A stretch of 63,954 nucleotides of DNA, the filler included, from Caldilineae bacterium (GTDB taxonomy: Bacteria; Chloroflexota; Anaerolineae; DTLA01), in the NCBI GenBank assembly GCA_037446815.1. It is 10 parts of 10 records of this genome, joined end to end, with 100 filler letters (N's around TTAATTAATTAA, not from the genome) between each part and the next. Parts side by side here need not be neighbours in the genome. Positions count along the whole stretch, not along the records: positions 34,022 to 40,502 come from JBBIHX010000164.1; positions 40,603 to 46,827 come from JBBIHX010000166.1; 8 more parts are not named here. One strand, 5' to 3'. Made by a program: the position numbers and the translations under genes. Below the pieces are notes generated by a model. That model ran no database searches, was not told the DNA's origin, and saw only the letters and a program-made list of their open reading frames with translations. Shown here in pieces: positions 36,291 through 45,507 of this stretch (the first letter of the stretch is position 1; every line of letters begins with the position of its first letter).

Positions 36291-37289
36291 TCAAGCATGC
36301 GCCGCTTCCAGCGCCTTGAGAATGCGCTCCGGTGTGGCGGGGTAGTCCGTAACCCAAACGCCGATGGCGTTGTGGATGGCGTTCAGGATGGCGGGGCCGG
36401 CCAGGCTGGCCGTCATCTCCGAATATCCCTTCGCGCCATGCGGGCCATTCGGGTGCGGGACCTCTACGATGTCCTCCACCATCACCGGCGGCATGTCGGC
36501 GGCTGTGGTGATGACGTAGTCGGTCAGGTCCTGGACGGCGAAGTCCATGCTGGGGTAGTACGGGCAGGTGTTCTCGGTGAGGCCGAAGCCGATGCCCATC
36601 ATGGCGCCGCCGTTGTTCTGGCCTTTGCACAGGAGGCGGTTCATGGCCTTGCCCACTTCAAAGACCTGGACCAGTTTGAGCACGTCCACCACGCCGGTCT
36701 CGGTATCCACCTCCACCTCCGCGACGCAGCAGCCGAAGGCGAGGGACGCGATGGCCGTCATCTTGCCCGTCTCGGGGTCAAACTGCTGACCGGGGCCAGG
36801 GGTGAAGGCGCCGGTGCCGACGAGGAACTTGCCGCCCCAGTTCACCATTGCGCCGACCTCGGCCATGGAGAGCGATTTCTCCGGGACACCCTTGACGAAC
36901 ACGCGGTTGTTGGCTACCTCCACGTCGGCAGGGCTGCACTCAAAGTACTCGGCGGCCCACTCGCAGAGTTTCTTCCTCAGGTCGGCGGCCGCCGCCAGCA
37001 CGGCGTTGCCGTCCATGAAGGTAACGCGGCTCGCGAAGGTGCCGGTGCACATGGGGCCGGTGTCGGTGTCAATGTTGTGATGGGTGATGTTCTCCAGGGG
37101 CACATCCAGCGCGTCGGCAGCGATCTGGCGCAGGATGGTCTTGCATCCCTGGCCGATGTCCACCGCGCCGTTGAGCAGGTCAAAGGTCCCGTCCGGCTTG
37201 AGGCGGATTTGCGCCTGGCTGGGGTCGCCGCCGCCTTTGAGTCCCGCCGGGTGCGTGCCCACGGCAATGCCGATACCTCTCTTCTTCAT
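36291..37289 (-). CDS. Mo-hydroxylase molybdopterin subunit, C-terminal half (NdhM-like)
   Basis: MKKRGIG.., DIGQG, GTFASR, EVEVDTETG, GAKGYSE. Confidence 0.9.
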   Translation of the reverse strand: MKKRGIGIAVGTHPAGLKGGGDPSQAQIRLKPDGTFDLLNGAVDIGQGCKTILRQIAADALDVPLENITHHNIDTDTGPMCTGTFASRVTFMDGNAVLAAAADLRKKLCEWAAEYFECSPADVEVANNRVFVKGVPEKSLSMAEVGAMVNWGGKFLVGTGAFTPGPGQQFDPETGKMTAIASLAFGCCVAEVEVDTETGVVDVLKLVQVFEVGKAMNRLLCKGQNNGGAMMGIGFGLTENTCPYYPSMDFAVQDLTDYVITTAADMPPVMVEDIVEVPHPNGPHGAKGYSEMTASLAGPAILNAIHNAIGVWVTDYPATPERILKALEAAHA

Positions 37290-37294
37290 GCTAC

Positions 37295-38590
37295 CTACCT
37301 CCCTCGCGAACTCATGGCCATCAGGTGGGCCGGAAGTTGGATGCCGGCCAATTCGGCGGCGCGCTTCATGGCTTCAATGAGGCCCGCGGCCTCTACCTTG
37401 AACTGGGTAGCGCCCAGGTCGCCGTCGCGCCAGGCGTTGATGAAGTGGACTTCCCACGGGTCCTTGCCGATGGCCTCCGCGACTCTTGCCGTCTGCAACT
37501 GGTCCGCAGCCGTGCCGTTGATGATGCCGAAGCCGCGCATGGAACTGGCCGGGGGCTTGTTGGTGAAGACGCAGATGCCGTCCACCCAGATGTTGGGGAT
37601 GGCGTATGGCCCGGCCACCAGGATGGAGTTCTTGTCCACTACATAGGGGCCCATGCCCGCATAGCCGCCCGTGTCGTGGACGGTCTTGACATAACGGGCG
37701 ACGATGCGCCCATCCTTCTTGACGCCGTCCTTGAAGTAGAAGGTCCAGGGGCCGCGCTTGGTGGTGTACAGGGTCTCCTCGCGGCGAGTGTGGCGGTACT
37801 TCACGGGCTTGCGGATCTTCAGCGCCATGAGTCCCGCGACGTGGTCGCAGTGGATGTCGTTCTTCGCGCCGAAGCCGCCGCCGACCGTGCCGCCGATGTA
37901 GCGAATCTTGTTCATCGGCAGGTTGAAGATGGCGGTCAGCATGCCCAGGTGGAAGTACAGGTCCTGGCTCACGGTGTAGATGGCCAGGCGGTCGGTTTCG
38001 TCAATGTACGCCACCGACACCTGGGGCTCCATGGGCGCGTGGTCGTTGGTAGCGGTCGTGTAGGTGCCTTCCACGATGACGTCGGCCTCGGCGAAGCCTT
38101 TCTCCACGTCGCCCAGGCGAATCTTGCGGGTCTTGCCGCTGTTGAACTCCCAGACGTTGCCCTCGGGCCGCACCAGTGGAGCGTCAGGCTCCATGGCCTT
38201 GAAGGGGTCAAAGACGGGCTCTTGCTCCTCAATGTCCAGTTTGATTTTCTCAACCGCCTCCATGGCCGTATCTTCGTCCACCGCGGCGACTGCGGCGATG
38301 CGCTCGCCCTTGTAGCGGATGTGCTCCGGGGTGAAGACCGGCTGGTCGGGGATGAGCCCGTAGGCGTTCTTGCCCGGCACGTCCTTGGCGGTGATGACGC
38401 CGGCCACGCCCGGCATCCGCTCGGCCGGGGAGGTGTCCAGGTGGCGGATGATGCCTTTGTGCACCGGGCTGGTGAGCACCTTGATGTAGAGCATGCCGGG
38501 GAGTTGGATGTCGTCCACGTAGCGCGTACGGGCCGTTACGTGGCCGATACCATCGTATCGTAGCACTGGTTTTCCTACATACTCTGCCAT
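37295..38590 (-). CDS. Mo-hydroxylase molybdopterin subunit, N-terminal half (NdhL-like)
   Basis: YVDDIQLPGML, HAPMEP, VGGGFGAK, GPYAIPN, SMRGFG. Confidence 0.92.
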   Translation of the reverse strand: MAEYVGKPVLRYDGIGHVTARTRYVDDIQLPGMLYIKVLTSPVHKGIIRHLDTSPAERMPGVAGVITAKDVPGKNAYGLIPDQPVFTPEHIRYKGERIAAVAAVDEDTAMEAVEKIKLDIEEQEPVFDPFKAMEPDAPLVRPEGNVWEFNSGKTRKIRLGDVEKGFAEADVIVEGTYTTATNDHAPMEPQVSVAYIDETDRLAIYTVSQDLYFHLGMLTAIFNLPMNKIRYIGGTVGGGFGAKNDIHCDHVAGLMALKIRKPVKYRHTRREETLYTTKRGPWTFYFKDGVKKDGRIVARYVKTVHDTGGYAGMGPYVVDKNSILVAGPYAIPNIWVDGICVFTNKPPASSMRGFGIINGTAADQLQTARVAEAIGKDPWEVHFINAWRDGDLGATQFKVEAAGLIEAMKRAAELAGIQLPAHLMAMSSRGR

Positions 38591-38595
38591 CGTCC

Positions 38596-39069
38596 CTACT
38601 CCTTGTACTTGCCGGCGGCCACTGCCTGAATGGCCTCAACGACTTCCACATACGTGCCGCACCGACACAGGTTGCCGGAGATGCCCTCCACGATTTGCTC
38701 GCGCGTCGGTTTGGGGTTCTTGTCCAGCAGGGCCTTGGCCGCCATCAACATGCCGGGCGTGCAGAAGCCGCACTGCGCGGCATAGTGCTCGTGGAAGGCG
38801 CGCTGCAGGGGGTGGAGGTTGCCATCCTGCAGGAGCCCTTCCACCGTCTGGACGCTCTTGCCGGCGACGGTGAGCCCGATGGTCAGGCACGCACGCACCG
38901 GCTCGCCGTTCACCAGCACGGTGCAGGCCCCGCAATCGCCATTGTCGCAGCCGCGCTTGGCGCTGACGACGTTGAGTTTCTCGCGCAGAACGTCCAGCAG
39001 CGTGTCCGTGGCCTTGACAAGGGTCTCTACCGGCAGACCGTTCAGGTTGAAGGATAGTACGTATTTCAT
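38596..39069 (-). CDS. 2x[2Fe-2S] subunit
   Basis: GCDNGDCGACTV, QCGFCTPG, NLCRCG. Confidence 0.95.
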   Translation of the reverse strand: MKYVLSFNLNGLPVETLVKATDTLLDVLREKLNVVSAKRGCDNGDCGACTVLVNGEPVRACLTIGLTVAGKSVQTVEGLLQDGNLHPLQRAFHEHYAAQCGFCTPGMLMAAKALLDKNPKPTREQIVEGISGNLCRCGTYVEVVEAIQAVAAGKYKE

Positions 39070-39090
39070 GGTCAATTTGCCTCCTTACCT

Positions 39091-39978
39091 CTAGATGGCA
39101 ACGCCGGCAGCGGATGCGATCGCGCGCGCCACAAGAACCTTGCCGGCCTTGCGCCGATACCAGGCCGTCGCCCGCTGGTCATCTATCGGCGAACTCTCCG
39201 CGATGGCCAGTTCTGCCGCCTTCTCAATGCGCGCCTTGTCCAGGAACTCAGCACCCTCCAGCGCCGACATCGGCAGCACGCACCCGTGCAGCACGCCCTC
39301 GGCCTTCTTGCAGCGGAGCGGGGTTGGAGCCATGGCGCCCAGCGCGACCCGAGCATCCACGCACTTCTGGCCCTGCTCCATCTCCACGTAGACGGCCACG
39401 TTGACCACCGATAGCGTCATGGCCTTGCGCCGCCCCAGTTTCAGGAAGACCGACTTGCCTTTCCTCACAGGGACGTGGACTTCTTTGATGAGTTCGCCGG
39501 GCTTAAGCACGGTCGTGCCTGGGCCGGTGAAGAAGTCTTCCACGGGCACCTGCCGCTCACCCTGCGCGCTGATGAGGACGAGGGTGGCGCCCAGGGCGAT
39601 GAGGGGAGTGGCCAAGTCCGCGGCGGGGGACGCATTGGCCAAGTTGCCGCCGATGGTGCCTGTGGTGCGGACGGCCGGGCTTGCGGAGAGGCGGGCCGCC
39701 TCCGCGAGGGCTGCTGCCTTCTCGGCGATGAGCGGACTCGCGGCGATTTTCGCCGTGGGGGTCGCCGCGCCGATAATCAACTTGCCATCGGCCTGCTCAA
39801 TGTAGTCCAGCCCGAGATTGCCGATGTAGACCAGGACTTCGGGTTTCAGTTCGTAGTAGTTGATGCGAGGGACGAGGTCGGTGCCTCCGGCCAGAACGGT
39901 TGCCTTCTCTCCATACTCTGCCAGGAGTTTCAGTGCCTCCGTAAGTTCGGTCGGAGCGAAATACAGGACATCCTTCAT
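39091..39978 (-). CDS. FAD-binding subunit of a xanthine-dehydrogenase-family enzyme
   Basis: LAGGTDL, TIGGNLANASPAAD, DDQRATAWYR. Confidence 0.93.
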   Translation of the reverse strand: MKDVLYFAPTELTEALKLLAEYGEKATVLAGGTDLVPRINYYELKPEVLVYIGNLGLDYIEQADGKLIIGAATPTAKIAASPLIAEKAAALAEAARLSASPAVRTTGTIGGNLANASPAADLATPLIALGATLVLISAQGERQVPVEDFFTGPGTTVLKPGELIKEVHVPVRKGKSVFLKLGRRKAMTLSVVNVAVYVEMEQGQKCVDARVALGAMAPTPLRCKKAEGVLHGCVLPMSALEGAEFLDKARIEKAAELAIAESSPIDDQRATAWYRRKAGKVLVARAIASAAGVAI

Positions 39979-40272
39979 GTTCAGCCCCCTTCCTCTGTGG
40001 TTACTGATCCAATCCAAACGCTGATTGTATCCGTCATAGCCTCTTGTGTTCCGGGTGATCACCTCCTTCCGGCGCTGCGCCAGCGGGCAAGCCACGGGCG
40101 TGCGTTGCCAGCAAGCCCCGTGTTGGCTCCACGATTGAGGCACCACGATGACCAGTGTCATGAGTCAGGGGCGGTGGGTGAAAGGGCCTGCGGGGTTGAT
40201 CCCTGCCCGCCGCCGGCGCGCTTCGTCGCGCAGCCCTCGTTTGTTTGCAGCAGTACTCGGGGTTCAGAGCAA

Positions 40273-40323
40273 ATTCCAACGTTGTAACAATTCTATTGTA
40301 CTACAAATCCGCCGCGATGTCAA
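40273..40323 (-). promoter_or_regulatory. Strong sigma70 promoter with a downstream palindrome (possible LacI-type operator)
   Basis: TTGACA-17 bp-TACAAT; CAACGTTG-centred palindrome at about 40275-40286. Confidence 0.7.
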
Positions 40324-40435
40324 GACTTTTCTGGGGATTTTTCGGGGCGATTGTAAAGTCTACGCCGCTGCCCGGTTGAGACGGTCGGGGCGTAGGATAA
40401 GTTAGCAACTTGGCCGGGCGATCGTGGGCGGTACG

Positions 40436-40470
40436 AACGTGCGACGCACCTCCGAGGTGCGTCGCACGTT
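40436..40470. repeat. 35-bp perfect palindrome
   Basis: Identical to 6659-6693 and 27193-27227. Confidence 0.9.
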
Positions 40471-40788
40471 GCCTCCCCAAGGCCGGGGATGCGGTGCGCC
40501 GCNNNNNNNNNNNNNNNNNNNNNNNNNNNNNNNNNNNNNNNNNNNNTTAATTAATTAANNNNNNNNNNNNNNNNNNNNNNNNNNNNNNNNNNNNNNNNNN
40601 NNGCTCCCTCGCCCGTCGGGAGAGGGCTGGGGTGAGGGTACTGCTCCCTCGCCCGCGCACTCGCGGTGACAAATGCCAACAGCCCTTGGAACCGGGTCCG
40701 CTGTGGATCATGCTGGCGAATTGCACGCGTGGTTGTGGGGCAGGTCCCAGACCCGCCCCTCCCGTCCCCACGCCCGGGCGCGTAGGCG

Positions 40789-43086
40789 TCAGCGCAGCAT
40801 GCGGGCCACCATGCGCCGCAGGTCGTCCGCGCCAAAGGGCTTCACCAACCGCGGCTGGCCGGTCTCCTCCAGAAACGCCACCGTGCGCTGGTCGGCCACG
40901 TCGCCCGTAATGAATAGCACGCGGGGGACGAGGTCGGGGTACAGGACCTGCAACTCCATGAAGAACTGATCGCCGCGCATGGACGGCATCTTGATATCCG
41001 TGATGATGAGGTCCGGTTTCTCGTCGGCCAGGGCCGCCAGGGCCGACTGCCCGTCTGCCGCGCAACGCACAACATGCCCCTCGCGCTGCAGCGCCTTGGC
41101 GATGAAGTCGGCGACGGCAGGCTCGTCTTCCACCACGAGGATTTTGGCGGGGGCAACGGCCGGCAACTCGCCCTCTCTCTCGCCCTCGCCGAGGGCTTCC
41201 ACAGCCGTCGCCACGGGCAGATCCACGAAGAACCGGCACCCCTGCCCCGGCTGGCTTTCAAACGAGATGGAGCCGCCATGCTGCCGCACGATCCCCTCGG
41301 CGATGGACAACCCGAGGCCGGTGCCATCGCGTTTGGTGGTGAAGAATGGTTCAAAGACCTTGTGCTGCAGGCCCTGGGGGATGCCCGGGCCGTCGTCCGC
41401 GATCTCTACGCGGATGGTGCGCTCGTCCAACAAATAGGAGCGCACCGTAAGGTTCCCCCGTCCGTGGGCGCGGGCCATTGCCTGGTGGGCGTTGTTCACC
41501 AGGTTGAGGAACACCTGATGGAGTTGGTGGGCGTCGGCAAGGGTCTTGGGCAGATACGGGTCTAGTTCCGTCTCCACGGCGATGTTGTCCAGGTGCAGTT
41601 GGTAGGCTTTCAGTTGCAGCACCTCTTGGACTGGCGCGTTGACGTCCACCCATTCGCGGCGCGGCTCGTGCTTGCGCACCACGGAGAGCAGGCCCTGAAC
41701 GATGGTGCGGGCGCGCAACGCCGCCTCGGTGATCTGGTGCAGGTCGTCTTTCAACTGGGGCGCCTGGGTATCCTCCTCCAGCATCTGGGCGTAGCCAAGA
41801 ACCGTGGTCAATGGGTTGTTGAGTTCGTGCGCCACGCCCGACACCAACTCGCCGATGAGGGAGAGTTTCTCGTTCTGGACGAGCAGTTCCCGCGCGGCCT
41901 GCAACTGGCTCAGTTGCTCGGAGACCTTGTTGTACAGTTGGGCGTTCTGAATCGCTGCCGCCGCCTGGCCCGAAAGGGCCGTGAGGAAGACGTGGAGCGC
42001 GCGGTCAAACCCCCGCGCCGTGCTGGCGAAGACCGACAGGACGCCGATGATCTGATTGCCTGCGATGAGGGGAAAGCCCCAATAGGTCTGGATTCCCGCC
42101 GCGCCCATGGGTTTCAGCGCGGGCGTGTCCTGCCGTGTGGCCAGGCCCGACACCGACACGGCGCTCTGCGCTTGGAGCACCTGCTCGCCCAGGTAGTCCA
42201 GCGCCGCCCATCCGCCTGGGGTTTCCAGCAGCGCGTCCAGCCCCGATTGCTCGGCCAGCGTCTGCAAGCGCGAGCCGCTGTCCACCAGCGTAACCGCCGC
42301 GCCCACCACGCCCTCCAGGCGGCGAATGTGTTCCAGCAGGATGCGCAGCGTCGGACGCAGTTCCAGCGTGGTGGAAACAGCCGTGTCCACATCGCGGAGC
42401 GCCGTCAGCCGCGCCAGATTCTGCTCCGACTCCTCGGCAAGCCGCATGCGGACGATCCCCAGCGCCACCTCGCGGCCCGCGCTGGCCAGAATCTCCAGCC
42501 GCGACGCCGCAATAGGCTTGTCTTTGCGCAGGGCGAGGCACATCGTGCCCAGTTGACGCCCCTGGTGTAGCAGCGGGATGGAGATGGTCGCCGCGATGCC
42601 CTTGTCCTTGAGGCTTGGTGGCGCCGAAGGGCCGATGCGCACCACCTGAATCGCCTCGCCGGCGCACGCCGGTTCCGTCTTGCCCAGCAGGCGCATCAGT
42701 TCCTCGGCCTCGGCCAGGGGCATCTGGTGGGCCACGGCCACCTGCCCCGCGTCGTTGTGCCGAATGCACATGGCGCCCGCGACGGCATCCAGCAAGCGGA
42801 CGGTGCGCGCCAGCACATCCGAGAGCATGGGCTTCAACTCACGGGCCTCGGCGACGATGTGGGCGACCTCGGCCAGTAGGGCGCGCTCCGCTTCCTGTCG
42901 CCGAAGCCGCGCCCGCAGGCCCAGGGCGATGGCGGCCATCGCCACAATCAGCGCGGCGCCCAAGAAGAGCGCCCACGGGAACACGGCATCCAGATTCTCA
43001 GCCTGTAACTCTTGCGCCTGGAGCAGAGCAGGCGAAAACAGCGCAAGGGACAACAGCCCCTGCGCCCATGACCGTTTTGGCCACAT
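40789..43086 (-). CDS. Hybrid sensor histidine kinase (TM, two GAF domains, HisKA, HATPase, REC)
   Basis: GVAHELNNPL, QVFLNLVNNA, DDGPGI, FFTTK..GTGLGL, LVVEDE..TDIKMP..KPF; start position uncertain. Confidence 0.92.
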   Translation of the reverse strand: MWPKRSWAQGLLSLALFSPALLQAQELQAENLDAVFPWALFLGAALIVAMAAIALGLRARLRRQEAERALLAEVAHIVAEARELKPMLSDVLARTVRLLDAVAGAMCIRHNDAGQVAVAHQMPLAEAEELMRLLGKTEPACAGEAIQVVRIGPSAPPSLKDKGIAATISIPLLHQGRQLGTMCLALRKDKPIAASRLEILASAGREVALGIVRMRLAEESEQNLARLTALRDVDTAVSTTLELRPTLRILLEHIRRLEGVVGAAVTLVDSGSRLQTLAEQSGLDALLETPGGWAALDYLGEQVLQAQSAVSVSGLATRQDTPALKPMGAAGIQTYWGFPLIAGNQIIGVLSVFASTARGFDRALHVFLTALSGQAAAAIQNAQLYNKVSEQLSQLQAARELLVQNEKLSLIGELVSGVAHELNNPLTTVLGYAQMLEEDTQAPQLKDDLHQITEAALRARTIVQGLLSVVRKHEPRREWVDVNAPVQEVLQLKAYQLHLDNIAVETELDPYLPKTLADAHQLHQVFLNLVNNAHQAMARAHGRGNLTVRSYLLDERTIRVEIADDGPGIPQGLQHKVFEPFFTTKRDGTGLGLSIAEGIVRQHGGSISFESQPGQGCRFFVDLPVATAVEALGEGEREGELPAVAPAKILVVEDEPAVADFIAKALQREGHVVRCAADGQSALAALADEKPDLIITDIKMPSMRGDQFFMELQVLYPDLVPRVLFITGDVADQRTVAFLEETGQPRLVKPFGADDLRRMVARMLR

Positions 43087-43295
43087 GGGGAACCGTAACC
43101 GAACTTTCACGTTGTCCGCCACCTCGTTGCAGAGCGCCGTCCAGCGCAGCGCCCTGTAATCGCTGGTGCGCTTATAGAATACCACGCACCCACTCACTTG
43201 GCACTCACATGGACGCCGATTGTGCCCCGTTACGTTAAGATTTGCACACGTTGACAAAGCGCCGCGCCGGTGATACCATGAAACCGGAGGCGCAA

Positions 43296-43715
43296 GTGTC
43301 CGATTTGGGTGAGGAATACGTCATCCCTCTGGGTGAACTCAAGTTTCGGTTCTCGCGCAGCAGCGGGCCAGGCGGCCAACACGTGAACCGCTCGGCCACG
43401 CAGGTGGAACTACTGTTTGACGTGGCCTGCTCTCCGAGCCTGACCGAGGAGCAGCGGGCACTCGTCCTGCGCCGCCTGCGCGGGTACATTGACGGCAACG
43501 GTGTGCTTCATCTGGTCTCCGGCGGCACGCGCAGCCAGATGCGCAACCGCGAGGAGGTCATCCGTCGCTTCGCGCAGATGATGGAGCGGGCGCTGCGCGT
43601 GTCAAGGCCGCGCCGTTCGACCCGCCCCTCTGCCGCTGCGCGTCAACGACGGCTGTTGGAAAAGCGTCGCCGAGCCGCAATCAAGCGCCTGCGCAGTAGG
43701 CCCGACGACGTATAA
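43296..43715 (+). CDS. arfB: Alternative ribosome rescue factor ArfB
   Basis: SRSSGPGGQHVN, RSQMRNR, basic tail; TTGACA-17 bp-TACCAT promoter and GGAGG RBS favour GTG 43296. Confidence 0.92.
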   Translation: MSDLGEEYVIPLGELKFRFSRSSGPGGQHVNRSATQVELLFDVACSPSLTEEQRALVLRRLRGYIDGNGVLHLVSGGTRSQMRNREEVIRRFAQMMERALRVSRPRRSTRPSAAARQRRLLEKRRRAAIKRLRSRPDDV

Positions 43716-43757
43716 CCCAAACCTGAAGACACCGACGTTACGCGCGAGGTTCAATGC

Positions 43758-44585
43758 ATGAGTGGAAAGAAATGCCGGTTTGCGCTGCTCGTGGCGGCAA
43801 TCCTTACCGGCATGGTGGTGGGCTACAGCCTGGTGGAACCCCACCTGCTGCGGGTAACTCGCCTCACGGTGAGATCTCCCGACGTGCCGCCAGCGTTTGA
43901 CGGCAAGCGCATCGCGTTCCTGTCGGACATCCACCATGGCCCAGATTTCTCGCTGGGGCGGGTGAGGCAGGTGGTGAACCTCGTGAACGGCCTGCAGCCC
44001 GATATCATCTGTCTGGGCGGCGACTACGTTCACAGCGACGCCATGTACATCGCGCCAGTGTTCGCCGAACTGGCCCGGCTCCGTGCGCCGCTCGGCGTGT
44101 TCGCCGTTGCCGGCAATCACGATCACTGGGAGGGGATTGACCTGACCCGCCGGGAGATGGCGAAGGCTGGCCTTACAAACCTGGACAATCGCGCCCAATG
44201 GGTTGAAGTCGGGAGCGACCGCATCAAGATCGGCGGGGTAGGCGACCTGTGGGAGGACGAGCAAGACCTTGCTCCCACGCTGGACGGCGTAGACGAGTCC
44301 GACTTCGTCATTCTGCTGTCCCACAACCCCGACTACGCCGAGCGGATCACGACCGACAGGATTGACCTGATGATGAGCGGTCATACCCACGCCGGGCAGG
44401 TTACATTGTTCGGCCTGTGGGCGGCCTTTGTGCCCTCGGCCTACGGGCAGAAATACCGCAGCGGATTTGTTGACGCGGGGCACACGCGGGTGTATGTTAC
44501 CACCGGCGTCGGCACGATCACGCCGCCCGTGCGGTTCTGCGCTCCGCCGGAGGTTGTGCTCATCACCCTGGTGCGCGAGGAGTAG
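43758..44585 (+). CDS. Metallophosphoesterase (YkuE-like)
   Basis: SDIH, GGDY, GNHD, SHNPD, GHTHAGQ. Confidence 0.93.
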   Translation: MSGKKCRFALLVAAILTGMVVGYSLVEPHLLRVTRLTVRSPDVPPAFDGKRIAFLSDIHHGPDFSLGRVRQVVNLVNGLQPDIICLGGDYVHSDAMYIAPVFAELARLRAPLGVFAVAGNHDHWEGIDLTRREMAKAGLTNLDNRAQWVEVGSDRIKIGGVGDLWEDEQDLAPTLDGVDESDFVILLSHNPDYAERITTDRIDLMMSGHTHAGQVTLFGLWAAFVPSAYGQKYRSGFVDAGHTRVYVTTGVGTITPPVRFCAPPEVVLITLVREE

Positions 44586-44595
44586 GAACACGGCC

Positions 44596-44666
44596 TTACC
44601 CGAGGGACGCGGGGAACGCAGAAGTGGCCCCAACCCCTCTGCGCCCATGCGCCTCTGCGGTGATTC
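44596..44666. repeat. Gene-free inverted doublet of the GxxExxY-flanking repeat
   Basis: TTACCCGAGGGACGCGGGGAACGCAGAAG ... CCTCTGCGCCCATGCGCCTCTGCGGTGA. Confidence 0.6.
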
Positions 44667-44729
44667 AACGCGGATGCCGTGTAAGGGAAACAGGCCGATA
44701 GGCTCCGCGAACAGGAGGAAACCGAACCC

Positions 44730-45455
44730 ATGATACCGAACAGCACCGTATCCAGAAGGCTTCCGTCCGCCGCCGTGCGCGTCAGCCAGATTCTCATCGG
44801 TGTGGCGCTGCCCATTGCGCTCATCCTGAGCAACGTGTTCCTCATCGCCAGCGACGCCTTCATCCGCCACGAGTACGACAAGCCATCGTTCCCCGCCGAC
44901 GAATACTACCCGCCCGGCGGCTACCCGTTGCCGCGGGCCGAGCGGGAGGCGCTGGCGAAACTCGGCCTGGCGTCGGTGCTGCGGCCCGACGGCATCCGTC
45001 TGCTGGAAGAGGCCCGCTTTGAGCGCACGGGCGAACCCGCGTTCAACGAGCGCGAAATCCGCCACATGCGCGATGTGAACATGCTGATTCAGCGGGTGCG
45101 GTGGGTGCTATGGATCGCGTGGGCGGTGCTGGCGGGCGAGGCGGTTCTGCTGCTGGTCGCGGGCGAGCGCCGCGCGCTGTTCCGCAGCCTGTGGGCGAGC
45201 AGCGCGGCAAGCCTGGTAGCCTTCGCCGCGCTGGGGCTGTTCATCGGCTTGGGGTTCAATGTCTTCTTCACGGCGTTTCACCGCGTGTTCTTTGAGGGCG
45301 ATACGTGGCTGTTCTTATACTCGGACACGCTCATCCGCATCTATCCGACCAAGTTCTGGTTTGACGTGTCGCTGCACCTGGCGGGGATGACGGTGGCGGA
45401 GTTGGGGCTGGTGGCGGCGGGGAGCCGCTGGGCCCTGCGGCGTGCATCGGGCTAG
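44730..45455 (+). CDS. DUF1461/TIGR01906 membrane protein (Lit-like)
   Basis: FNEREIRHMRDV, FFTAFHRVFF..WLF..DTLIRIYP..FW. Confidence 0.82.
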   Translation: MIPNSTVSRRLPSAAVRVSQILIGVALPIALILSNVFLIASDAFIRHEYDKPSFPADEYYPPGGYPLPRAEREALAKLGLASVLRPDGIRLLEEARFERTGEPAFNEREIRHMRDVNMLIQRVRWVLWIAWAVLAGEAVLLLVAGERRALFRSLWASSAASLVAFAALGLFIGLGFNVFFTAFHRVFFEGDTWLFLYSDTLIRIYPTKFWFDVSLHLAGMTVAELGLVAAGSRWALRRASG

Positions 45456-45507
45456 ACGACGAGGCGGCCTAGCCTCCCGCCCCGGTCGGCCAACAGGTAG
45501 CGCACCG

